Shown piece by piece: positions 50,801 through 62,303 of a stretch of 64,000 bases of DNA. Each line of letters begins with the position of its first letter. Within the stretch, counting starts at the first letter, position 1. A program made the position numbers and the translations under genes. Under the pieces are notes generated by a model. It had not been told where the DNA came from, made no database searches, and saw nothing but the letters and a program-made list of their open reading frames with translations. The stretch comes from Macrostomum lignano. Lineage: Eukaryota. The stretch is taken from NCBI GenBank assembly GCA_002269645.1, contig NIVC01000939.1:62001-126000 (forward strand). Direction: 5' to 3'.

Positions 50801-52970
50801 TGGGCCACAGCTGTCAGTGGGGGCTCATTGTGAAGGATCATGAGGGCCACAGCTGTCAGTGAGGGCTCATTGTGAAGGATCATGAGGGCCACAGCTGTCA
50901 GTGAGGGCTCATTGTGAAGGATCATGAGGGCCACAGCTGTCAGTGGGGGCTCATTGTGAAGGATCATGAGGGCAATTTCTCCCATTGTTTGTCACACTGC
51001 CGAACTCCCGCAGACTCGCAAATCCGCAAGATGGAGCGCCGGCTGCTGGCCGGCTTGGAATTCTTCTTCGGCTACCCGCAGCCGATTCTGTTCCTGCGCC
51101 GCTACAGCCGCGTCTCCGGCGCCACCGCCGAGGTGCACGACTGCGCCAAGTTTATCGCCGAGCTGGCCCGCTGCACCTACGACTCCGCCCACCTGCCTCC
51201 GTCGCTGCTGGCCGCTGCCGCTTTCTGCCTGGCCGTTGAGCTGCTGGCCGGCTACGGCCGCATTTGCGCTCAGCCGCAGTCCTGGCTGCCCGAGCTGGAG
51301 GTGTTCAGCGGCTACCTGAAGGCCGACCTGCTGCCAGCACTGCGGCTCCTGGCCAAGGCTGTGCTGGGGGCCTACTCGGATAAGAACAGGTGAGTGCTGG
51401 CTGTAGGGCCTTTGGGATTGTTAAGGACATCTAGGTTCATTGTGTCAGGGCTTCATGCATGGTGTCAGGGCTTTAGACATTGTGTCACGGATCCATGCAT
51501 GGTGTCAGCGCTTCAGGCATTGTGTCAGGGCTTCATGCATGGTGTCAGGGCTTTAGACATTGTGTCACGGATCCATACATGGTGTCAGGGCTTCATGCAT
51601 GGTGTCAGGGCTTTAGACATTGTGTCACGGATCCATGCATGGTGTCAGCGCTTCAGGCATTGTGTCAGGGCTTCATGCATGGTGTCAGGGCTTTAGACAT
51701 TGTGTCACGGATCCATACATGGTGTCAGGGCTTCAGGAATTGTGTCAGGGCTTCAGGCATGGTGTCAGGGCTTCAGACATGGTGTCACGGCTTCAGGCAT
51801 TGTGTCAGGGCTTCAGGCATTGTGTCAGAGCTTCATGCATGGTGTCAGGGCTTTAGACATTGTGTCACGGATCCATACATGGTGTCAGGGCTTCAGGAAT
51901 TGTGTCAGGGCTTCAGGCATGGTGTCAGGGCTTCAGACATGGTGTCACGGCTTCAGGCATTGTGTCAGGGCTTCAGGCATTGTGTCAGAGCTTCATGCAT
52001 GGTGTCAGGGATTTAGACATTGTGTCACGGATCCATACATGGTGTCAGGGCTTCAGGAATTGTGTCAGGGATTGATGCATTGTGTCAGGGCTTCAGGCAT
52101 GGTGTCAGGGCTTCAGGCATGGTGTCAGGGCTTCAGACATGGTGTCATGGCTTCAGGCATTGTGTCAGGGCTTCAGGCATGGTGTCAGGGCTTCAGGCAT
52201 GGTGTCAGGGCTTCAGACATGGTGTCATGGCTTCAGGCATTGTGTCAGGGCTTCAGGCATTGTGTCGGCTTCAGGCATGGTGTCAGGGCTTCAGACATGG
52301 TGTCATGGCTTCAGGCATTGTGTCAGGGCTTCAGGCATTGTGTCAGGGCTTCAGGCATGGTGTCAGGGCTTCAGGCATGGTGTCAGGGCTTCAGACATGG
52401 TGTCATGGCTTCAGGCATTGTGTCAGGGCTTCAGGCATGGTGTCATGGCTTCAGGCATTGTGTCAGGGCTTCAGGCATGGTGTCAGGGCTTCAGGCATGG
52501 TGTCAGGGCTTCAGACATGGTGTCATGGCTTCAGGCATTGTGTCAGGGCTTCAGGCATTGTGTCGGCTTCAGGCATGGTGTCAGGGCTTCAGACATGGTG
52601 TCAGGGCTTAATGCATTGTGTCAGGGCTTCAGGCATGGTGTCAGGGCTTCAGGCATGGTGTCAGGGCTTCAGGCATTGTGTCAGGGCTTCAGGCATGGTG
52701 TCAGGGCTTAATGCATTGTGTCAGGGCTTCACGAATTGTGTCAGGGCTTAATGCATTGTGTCAGGGTTTAATGCATTGTGTCAGGGCTCAATATACAGAT
52801 CTTGGCCAAGCCCTCAAAGCCAGCAATCAGGCGGCAGTCGCCACCCTCCTCGGCCCCGCAGGTTCACAGCGGTGCGCAAGAAATACGAGAGCCGCTCCTT
52901 CCAGTCGGTGAGCCTGTACCCGGAGTTCGACCCGGCCAGCCCGGTGCTGCAGTCCTACTCCAGCTGCTGA
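44868..52970 (+). CDS. CCNB: G2/M B-type cyclin (390 aa)
   Basis: join(44868-44883 [tentative], 48720-48991, 49779-49970, 50154-50361, 51014-51389, 52862-52970) = 1,173 nt. D-box RNPLAEI; cyclin box ILFDWLVQVHHRFGLLPETLYL; QLLGVSALFLAAKVEEIYPP; FLRRYSR; C-terminal AVRKKY. WLVQVH points to B1/B2 rather than A or B3. Confidence 0.9.
49020..49690. repeat. 20-bp minisatellite GAGTGACTAGATGCATTCCA (cyclin intron 2)
   Basis: About 33 units seen directly. Confidence 0.97.
50420..50972. repeat. 42-bp minisatellite (cyclin intron 4)
   Basis: Unit CAGTG(A/G)GGGCTCATTGTGAAGGATCATGAGGGCCACAGCTGT, about 13 copies. Confidence 0.97.
51435..52790. repeat. 20-bp minisatellite (T/G)GTGTCAGGGCTTCAGGCAT with variants (cyclin intron 5)
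   Basis: About 67 units; explains the ORFs at 51394-52911. Confidence 0.97.
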
Positions 52971-53929
52971 ACTTTAATTTTTTATCAAATTCTAAAATAA
53001 TTGTTGTACTCGCTTATCCGCAGCTTTTATTCAATTTATTTATTCATTTCTCAGCGTCTCAATTACCGGCAATGCAGTGCAGTTTTATACTTTATTACTC
53101 TATACTCTATTTAAAGTCTTATATTCTTAGCATTGATAATTATTATGATTGCAGGTGCTCCACCGGCAGTGCAGGTGTACTCAGTGCATATTTCAGCAGG
53201 CAGTCAGTGTTGTGCCGCTCACTTAGCCCAAGCATGCTATATTACTGTCAGTAGGCACACTTATACATGGCATTATTTTTATGCATTTTTACAATCTCCG
53301 TCTATTATTAGTTAATTTTTAATTTACGCTTAAACTAATTATTATTGCTCAGCCCGGACCGCTTTCCCTGGGGTAGCATTTCTTGTCTGCTGCAATTTTT
53401 ATTTTTCTCTGTAATTTCTCGCTGCTCAACAATCCCCGTGTGCTCTCTGCTGATTTTTTATCTCTCTAGCGACTTTCGAAATGGCTGTCTTAACTTTCAG
53501 TAAAAATGTAATACTGTGCTCAAATAACCAAATAAATATGCAAATTATTATTCGCTAAATTTTCGTCCGACATGGCGTGGCAACAAAATTTTAGCCAAAT
53601 CTTAAGAAGTGCCGGCGTTCGCTAGTTGGTTTTTTCGGGGCTGTGGGCGCTGGCGGCATAACGCTGGCACAGACGCACTCAGTGGCCGCTGCATGACGTG
53701 AATTCTTTCCAACTGACGCAGATAATTCAAATATCCTAAAGCAGGGAGCGGCAAACTCTCACCTCAAGGGCCAGGTAGAGAAGCTGGCAAGAGTAAAAGG
53801 AAGAGAGCTTAAGCAGGCAGGATTGCTATTGTGAAGTTTTAAAGTTTGCCGAGGGAGACAGTAAAAAGTAAGGATTCGGATAAAATTTCTATAAAAATCC
53901 TAAAGTCACTACCGAACAGAGAGTAGTTT

Positions 53930-56091
53930 CCCGTTGAACTTTTCACCTGGAATTTTCTGATCCGGGCCCGATTTTTAATTTATTTCCTGGTGAAGGCCCG
54001 GAACAGCCCCAGCTTTTTCCGGAAAGATGATCCGGGAAAAGAAAAGCTGTTCCGGTTGGATTTTCCAGATTTTTTTCACCCGGAACACTACTGAATTCTG
54101 GGTGTAGATCCGAATTTCAGTAGGATTCCGGGTGAGATTTCGGGACTTCAGTCGGAATTCCTCAGTGATCCGGACAATTCTCCCGGATCAGCTCCCCTTG
54201 ACCCGAATTTCAGCAAAGTTCCAGGCGGAGCTGATCCGGGAAAATTTCGGGACTGCAGCCAGAATTCCTCAGTAATCCGGACAATTCTCCCGGATCAGCT
54301 CCCCTTGACCCGAATTTCAGCAAAGTTCCAGGCGGAGCGGATCCGGGAAAATTTCGGGACTGCAGCCAGAATTCCTCAGTAATCCGGACAATTCTCCCGG
54401 ATCAGCTCCCCTTGACCCGAATTTCAGCAAAGTTCCAGGCGGAGCTGATCCGGGAAAATTTCGGGACTTCAATCGGAATCAATCAGGCATCCATTACAAG
54501 TACCATGGGGATTTTGAGAGGAAGCATCCAATGGAAAACCGCTGAATACAGACCCCAGCAAATGGTTATCCCATCAGGCAATCCCTGGCATCCATTTGGT
54601 CAGCGGCGCTAATTCCTTTAAAAGCGAGGGGTAATAAAATCTCGCTTTGATGAGACAACTGATCTACTGTAGCGTCCGTAATGTGAGGCTGAGCCCATCC
54701 TCCGTACAGGTGACAATTGAAAAATTGTTGCGCCCTGATTGTGTGCGAGAGGTTTGACTTCCACTGGCATGTAGTCTGTCACAGCTGCTTAGTGTGTCAA
54801 CGGGCTGAATGATTCTATCGTCACATTTGACGCTTAGAAGCATAAATCAGCCAACCATTTTGTTTGGCACAGCTGGGTGTCTAGACTGAGACTGTGGCAT
54901 GGTTCCAAATAGCTCTAACTGGCCCAGTATTCAAAGCAGCTTCACTATTAAGATAGACACTAATCTGAATTATTTCGGTACATGTTCCAGTGGTTTGTCT
55001 AAGGTGTTTGCAGTTGCACCAGCCGTGAGCAGATCATGTTGTCATGGCTGCTAACAAGAGTACCGGATCCCGGTATTCCGCCACTCTCAGGAAGGGGCCT
55101 TTTTTCGAAAGGCCCAAGCGATTGAAGCGACTGCTTTGGCGCGTGTTGCCGTCGCAGCAACCGCAGCCGTCACGATGCCCGTCATGCACTAAAATGATGG
55201 ATCAGATTCGGGCCCAAGGCGAAGCCGAGGACGAACTGTGTAAGTTTTTTATGCATATACTAGAAGACGTTAGCAGCCTCGTATATGTATAAGTGTTGTC
55301 GATTCTTAAGTTTGCATCTGCCTCGCCACTCTATTAAGTACATTTTTATGTACTTAATAGGCCATCAATTGAGCGGAGTTCGTGAAAAGCTGTCGGAGGT
55401 TCAAGCCGAAAATCGTCAGCTGAAAGCTGAAGTTCTTCGGTTGGAAGTATCTCCACTACGAGCTCGTCGGAATCCGACACGACCGTGGCGAGAAGCCAGG
55501 CAGTGCTCTTTCAATCTCGGCCAGCCACAGAGCGGCAAAAGAAGGCGGACCAGGTGAAGGCGCGACGAATCGCCAGTGCTGCCGAAAATGAGGGGCAGAC
55601 TTCCGGAAACTGGAACTCCCGCAAAAGACACCGTTAGCAGGATGCAGCTCATCTTGATGAGTATGCGCATGACCCGGTGCCCGGTATCCGGAGAAGTCCG
55701 GGTCGGGCGCATATATCTCCAGACGGCGAGCTACTTGAGGAGTGAAATGCGGGCGATGTCCAAGATCGAGTGCATAACACCACCACCGCTTTTATTTGCA
55801 ATTAATTTCTAGCTTTTTGTTAAGGGCACTTTCGCTTGATTTGATTTCATTAGAAACGCTCTTCGAGACATTGGCTGTCTACATTTATGAGCCCTGATGG
55901 GTCCTGGAAAAGGAGAAAAAAGTCGTTTCTTAATTGTTGCGGGGATCTTTACAATTCTTAAGCAAGTGAATAGACAAGTCAGCTGACTTGAGTTAACTAG
56001 CTAATTAGCTGTATAGCGGTGACCCACCTGACAGATGCAATCAGAGGTAGGCGATGGGGATCCCTGAAGAGTAGCCAATGTTGCGATAAGG
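53930..56091 (+). mobile_element. second, right-truncated copy of the EnSpm/CMC-like element
   Basis: Begins CCCGTTGAACTTTTCACCTGGAATTT, has a ~108-bp subterminal array, and is colinear with copy 1 up to GCGATAAGGT (39519-39528 / 56082-56091). No right TIR. Confidence 0.8.
55044..55633 (+). pseudogene. spliced coiled-coil accessory gene carried by the transposon (also ~38580-39135)
   Basis: MAANKSTGSRY..RCPSC..EDEL|gtaagt..ag|CHQLSGVREKLSEVQAENRQLKAEVLRLE. Each copy carries different disabling lesions. Confidence 0.5.
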
Positions 56092-56469
56092 TGCCCTTGG
56101 CACTTGGCATTCTAATTTAAAAACGACCTCCGTTCGCACACTTTGCCTGGATCCAGTGTACAGGTTCAGCGCCCAGTCCCTACAGCGGTCCGAGCCTCTG
56201 TCTTGCCCGCTTTTGTTTCTGCAGCCGCAGCTTCAGGAGACTGGGCGCAGCGATAGCAGCTCAATGATAATGCAATAAACAGTGACAGTGAAGGACAATA
56301 GCATGGATGCGGCGGTAGTGGCAATAGGAGTTGGCTGTCTCAACTTGCTTATATAGTGCAACACCGCGGCAGCAGAGAATGGCTACTTAACATACATATC
56401 TTCTCAGCTGCAGCGGCAGTCCCTCCATTCCGAAACTCTCACCAGCTGTGTCTACTTGCTCTGTACAGC

Positions 56470-58228
56470 ATGGGTTCGGTGGCTGCGCCCTTTTTGCTCT
56501 CCAGCACCGTGTGGCTGCTGGCATCGGCCATCGCGCTTTGGCCTCTCGCCAGCGCCACCTGCAGCATCAGCAGCGGCCCAGCCAACAGCGTAAAATGCCT
56601 CAGCATCCCCAGGTACGGCGGCATGCAGTACGCCACCTGCCTGACAAATACCTATATTCAGGTCAAGTCTGGCGGCACGCACAGGTAATGCCATGCAAAT
56701 AGCACTAATTTTATTGAGATTGTGTTCATAAACAGTAAAAAATAGATGGCCGCTACGACACTCGCCAATCGTTATAATTTCGCCGGTTTTTTCGTTGCAA
56801 AAAAGGAGAGATAGAAAACTTCTCAGCCTGTAGCACGAAACTCTCAATATCTGAATTTCTGGACGTCCGAATGAAGCCAGTATGAGTGCAGTTCCGGGGT
56901 CTCGCTAAGCACATTGCTACAAAAACCGGGCCTTCAGCGAAGTTTTCATGATTGATTTACAAGTGAAAAAGTTGCGTCTGTCTTATTTTTGGCAGAAGTC
57001 AATAATTGTGTTCTATTCGATTCTTCCCCGTATCACGGAATTATTGCCTGCTTGGTTGATTTTTCAGGTGCGAGAACGCTTACGCTACCTACTGCTACTA
57101 CCAGTGCATGCTGGAGCTGCATAACTCCAACTCGGGGGCCGTGACACCCGACTGCTCCTGCGATGCCTCCGCTGCTCCGACTACAACCCCGGTCTCCGCC
57201 GGCACCACCCTGCCGCCGAGCTGCTACAGCCCGACCGGCGAGGACTGCAACTGGTACACCGACTGCCTCGAGCGCAAGGTGCGGTGCGGCCCGCGGAACG
57301 GCTACGCGATCGCTTTCGGCAAGAAGTACTGCCAGTTCTACACTGATAACTACTCATGGTTCAGCAGTGGGACACGGAAATGGGTCGATGCAGTTCGCAA
57401 GTGTCTGCAGGTGGCTCTGGTGCCTCTGTTGCGCCCATTTAAAAATCCTGATTGCCAAGAGTTGAAGGAAACTGCCATCGCTTCCCACACGGGCTGCTAC
57501 CTGAGGCCGGCTGCTGGTCAACCATCGATTTGCGAGATAGTAGATAACAACTGCATCGACATCTTCAAGATTATGTACACAATCAAAGGCGCATTTGTGG
57601 AATCCGACTGGACCGTGTTTACCGGAACGTTGAAATCGTCTGTCGACGTTCTTCAGGAATGCGCATCGTGGGGAAGAGCCATCAGCTGCGTTCAGGATGT
57701 CATCGAAGGGTCCTGGAATGCTCTTAAATCGGTCGTCTTCGACATCACGCAGAGCGTGTTCTCCCTGGGCAGGAGGCGCAGGTCTGTGGAGTCAGAGCCC
57801 GGGCAGGCCGCCCTGCAGTTCACCGCCGCCCTCGCGACCCGGCTGTCCTGGAAGGAGCGGGCATCGAGTGGCTTCCTCTGAGCGTGAAAGGCGGCAGCTC
57901 TGGAAGCATCAAGTTCCAACTACTGCTTGGAGACCAGCGAGTGTTTAACCTGGACAGGAACTATTCGCAGCCAGTGGACCTGCAGCAGGAGGTGCGGGAG
58001 CTGCAGAGCAAAGTTCAAAGCGGCGACCTGCTGATCGAACTGAGCGACGGGCGGAAGTTCTACGCCAGGCAGCTGTCGGACTGCGGCAACGTGAACTGCA
58101 CCGAAGTCAAGTCCTCAGCCGTCGCTCCGGCTGAGACGCGGGGAGCTCCGGCCGTGCAGCCTCTGCCGCGGGTGCTGACGGGGATTCTGGCTGTGCTGGC
58201 CTGCGCCACCTGGGCCTGGGAAGACTGA
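56470..58228 (+). CDS. stanniocalcin-like domain secreted protein, probably GPI-anchored (~458 aa; one-base frameshift near 57860)
   Basis: join(56470-56684, 57068-58228). Hydrophobic signal peptide; CNWYTDCLERKVRCG..GYAIAFGKKYC..WVDAVRKCLQ..CQELKE.A..SHTGCY matches my recollection of the invertebrate/protist STC-like pattern; RRRR|S furin-type site; hydrophobic C-terminal tail. The length is divisible by 3 only after adding 1 nt. Confidence 0.7.
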
Positions 58229-58652
58229 CACGAATCTGACAGTTGCTGTTGATTGGGAATGCTCTGACAAAAGTAATTTTATATAGATAAACATTTGTCT
58301 GACTAAAAACGATTGTTGTAGAATCGAAATCAAATGACTCAAAATGTATTCCTGTAGCTATCGCTCCCGCTTGTGCATCAGAAACCAGCTGCTGGTTACA
58401 AAAGAAGGTTTTATTCAAATTTTTATATTAAACTCAGAGCTCATATTTATCTGCTTGCATGCGCACACGAAAACACGAGAAAAATGAACAACAATATATC
58501 GAACTCGGTCCTTTTTAGAATTTTTTTAAAAGCATTGCTTGTCAATCAGTTTCTATATAAATGATCAGTGCATCTGAAAGACTCGGTCTGCCTGCTTCAG
58601 TGACATGAGCACAAGATATCCATGCGGCAGGCACAATGCCTCCATGTCGGGA

Positions 58653-61600
58653 TCACAACAGATCTTCGATGGAGCGGCCGGGCCGCACACTGCCCATGAC
58701 GAGCCGCACAAACTCGCGGAAGTCGATCTGACCGTCGCCGTCGACGTCCGTCTCTTTGATCATGTCGCGGGCCTCCGCCATGGTAACGGGCTCACCGAGA
58801 GCCGTCATGAATGCCACCAGCTCCTCGGGGTCGATGGTCCCGGAGCCGTCGGTGTCGAACAGGGCGAACGCGCGCCGCAGGTCGCTGCGCGAGTCATCGG
58901 CGGTCAGGCCGCGGCAGAGCACGGTGACGAACTCGGTAAAGTCGATCTGCCCGTCTCCGTCGTCGTCCACAAAGTCCAGCATGGCCTGAGGGCGAGGCCG
59001 GGACGGCGAAGACTGGCGTGATGTCAGTGTGTGGTGTGTCTGATGTCAGTGTCTGATGTCAGTGTCCGATGTCAGTGTCTGATGTCAGTGTCTGATGTCC
59101 TCAGTGTCTGACGTCAGTGTCTGATGTCAGTGTCTGATTTCAGTGTCCGATGTCAGTGTCTGATGTCAGTGTCCGATGTCAGTGTCTGATGTCAGTGTCC
59201 GATGTCAGTGTCTGATGTCAGTGTCTGATGTCAGTGTCCGATGTCAGTGTCTGATGTCAGTGTCTGATGTCCTCAGTGTCTGACGTCAGTGTCTGATGTC
59301 AGTGTCTGATTTCAGTGTCCGATGTCAGTGTCTGATGTCAGTGTCCGATGTCAGTGTCCGATGTCAGTGTCCGATGTCAGTGTCTGATATCCTCAGTGTC
59401 TGACGTCAGTGTCTGATGTCAGTGTCTGATTTCAGTGTCCGATGTCAGTGTCTGATGTCAGTGTCCGATGTCAGTGTCCGATGTCAGTGTCCGATGTCAG
59501 TGTCCGATGTCAGTGTCTGATATCCTCAGTGTCTGACGTCAGTGTCTGATGTCAGTGTTTGATTTCAGTGTCTGATGTCAGTGTCTGATGTCAGTGTCTG
59601 ATGTCAGTGTCTGATGTCAGTGTCTGATGTCAGTGTCTGATGTCAGTGTCTGATGTCAGTGTCCGATGTCAGTGTCTGACGTCAGTTTCCGATGTCAGTG
59701 TCCGATGTCAGTGTCTGGTGTCAGTGTCTGGTGTCAGTGTCTGATGTCAGTGTCTGATGTCAGTGTCTGATGTCAGTGTCCGATGTCAGTGTCCGATGTC
59801 AGTGTCTGATGTCAGTGTCTGACGTCAGTTTCCGATGTCAGTGTCCGATGTCAGTGTCCGATGTCTGTGTCCGATGTCAGTGTCCGATGTCAGTGTCCGA
59901 TGTCAGTGTCTGACGTCAGTGTCCGATGTCAGTGTCTGATGTCAGTGTCTGATGTCAGTGTCCGATGTCAGTGTCTGACTTCAGTTTCCGATGTCAGTGT
60001 CCGATGTCAGTGTCTGGTGTCAGTGTCCGATGTCAGTGTCCGATGTCAGTGTCTGGTGTCAGTGTCTGATGTCAGTGTCTGATGTCAGTGTCCGATGTCA
60101 GTGTCTGATGTCAGTGTCTGATGTCAGTGTCTGATGTCAGTGTCTGATGTCAGTGTCTGACTTCAGTTTCCGATGTCAGTGTCCGATGTCAGTGTCTGGT
60201 GTCAGTGTCCGATGTCAGTGTCCGATGTCAGTGTCTGGTGTCAGTGTCTGATGTCAGTGTCTGATGTCAGTGTCCGATGTCAGTGTCTGATGTCAGTGTC
60301 TGATGTCAGTGTCTGATGTCAGTGTCTGATGTCAGTGTCTGATGTCAGTGTCTGATGTCAGTGTCTGATGTCAGTGTCTGACTTCAGTTTCCGATGTCAG
60401 TGTCCGATGTCAGTGTCTGGTGTCAGTGTCCGATGTCAGTGTCCGATGTCAGTGTCTGGTGTCAGTGTCTGATGTCAGTGTCTGATGTCAGTGTCCGATG
60501 TCAGTGTCTGATGTCAGTGTCTGATGTCAGTGTCTGATGTCAGTGTCTGATGTCAGTGTCTGATGTCAGTGTCTGATGTCAGTGTCTGATGTCAGTGTCT
60601 GACTTCAGTTTCCGATGTCAGTGTCCGATGTCAGTGTCTGGTGTCAGTGTCCGATGTCAGTGTCCGATGTCAGTGTCTGGTGTCAGTGTCTGATGTCAGT
60701 GTCTGATGTCAGTGTCCGATGTCAGTGTCTGATGTCAGTGTCTGATGTCAGTGTCTGATGTCAGTGTCTGATGTCAGTGTCTGACTTCAGTTTCCGATGT
60801 CAGTGTCCGATGTCAGTGTCTGGTGTCAGTGTCCGATGTCAGTGTCCGATGTCAGTGTCTGGTGTCAGTGTCTGATGTCAGTGTCTGATTTCAGTGTCCG
60901 ATGTCAGTGTCTGATGTCAGTGTCTGATGTCAGTGTCTGATGTCAGTGTCTGATGTCAGTGTCTGATGTCAGTGTCTGATGTCAGTGTCTGATGTCAGTG
61001 TCTGACTTCAGTTTCCGATGTCAGTGTCCGATGTCAGTGTCTGGTGTCAGTGTCCGATGTCAGTGTCCGATGTCAGTGTCTGGTGTCAGTGTCTGATGTC
61101 AGTGTCTGATGTCAGTGTCCGATGTCAGTGTCTGATGTCAGTGTCTGATGTCAGTGTCTGATGTCAGTGTCTGATGTCAGTGTCTGATGTCAGTGTCTGA
61201 TGTCAGTGTCTGATGTCAGTGTCTGATGTCAGTGTCTGATGTCAGTGTCTGATGTCAGTGTCCGATGTCAGTGTCTGATGTCAGTGTCCTCAGTGTCCTA
61301 TAGTTCTGCGCCGTAAGCTAAGCAATTTAAGTAACCAAGACAACGCGTGAACGCCCAAACGGCTCAACTTAACATCTTGCGTGCAATGCTTTGTTCTGGC
61401 TCGAGAGTTTTACGCAAGGACCACTAGAAGTCTATGTCTAGACGTCTACATATCTGGCAAAGTCTGGCAAGTGGCGGTTGATATCTTAGCCAGCTAAGCC
61501 TGCAGTCTCACCTGAACCTGCTCGTCCTTCGCTTTGTAGCCAAAGGTGCGCATGATGTAGGCCAGCTCCGAGTGTGAGATGAAGCCGTCGCCGTCTTTGT

Positions 61601-61709
61601 CGAAGTAGGCGAACGCGTCGCGGAACTCGGCAATCTGGGCGCTGTCCAAGTTGCTCACAACGCCCGTATCCCTCCGCTGCTGCGGCTGCTCAGGCTGCTG
61701 GGCAGACAT
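58653..61709 (-). CDS. calmodulin-like 4-EF-hand protein (176 aa)
   Basis: complement(join(58653-58985, 61512-61709)), phase 0 intron. EF loops DKDGDGFISHSE, DDDGDGQIDFTE, DTDGSGTIDPEE, DVDGDGQIDFRE. Too divergent to be canonical calmodulin. Confidence 0.9.
59020..61295. repeat. 13-bp minisatellite GATGTCAGTGTC(T/C) filling the calmodulin-like intron
   Basis: About 175 units with recurring variant units. Confidence 0.98.
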
Positions 61710-62303
61710 GCTTCTCACCTTTAGCCTGCTCAGAAATTTGCAAACACTTGCAGGCTCAAGCAGCTCTTTTTGCTACTCTTTAATTCCACTGCAAGAGGTG
61801 GGGCGAAATGAAATCTCTGAGTGTCACGGCCAGGCTGTACATTTGCCTGCACTGTACGTTACAGACCTATTAACTGTGAGCTTGAGAGCAGAATTTCTAC
61901 TTGTAACTTTTTTATCTGCTTGTCAAGCAGAGCGCCCCCCCCTTAGTGCACACAGTTTCATTGTTGCAGATCTTCATGCTGTGCAAGACCGACCGCGCGC
62001 TTTGCAGGAAAATGTCTTGCCAAACTTGCCTGAAGCTGGGGGGATAAGTTTTATACTCTCTTTAAATAAGTCAAAGCAGACACGATTAAACTGTACTCAG
62101 ATGCGTAATAAAGTTTTGATGACGCTTCGTAGCTCCTTACCGTCTATTTGTGAACTCTTGCTTACTTGTACTAAACAGCAATACTGCTGGCTTACTAATC
62201 GCAGTAAATAACTTTTATACTATATAATCATTAGAGCTGTCTGTTACCTACATGCGCAAAGTGTACAGTACAGTGCATATTGGTCCTGGAGCAATGCCGG
62301 TGT

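Noticed and set aside
50335-52911. Repetitive ORFs (TAVALMILHNEP; CQGFRHGVRASG)
   Set aside because: Intronic minisatellites of the cyclin gene; the conserved cyclin sequence splices around them.
57879-57884. Programmed frameshift or stop read-through joining the two STC-like ORFs
   Set aside because: No slippery heptamer or stimulatory structure; a one-base deletion or sequencing error is simpler.
58605-59021. Plus-strand 138-aa ORF (and similar antisense ORFs over GC-rich exons)
   Set aside because: Antisense shadows of GC3-rich coding exons.
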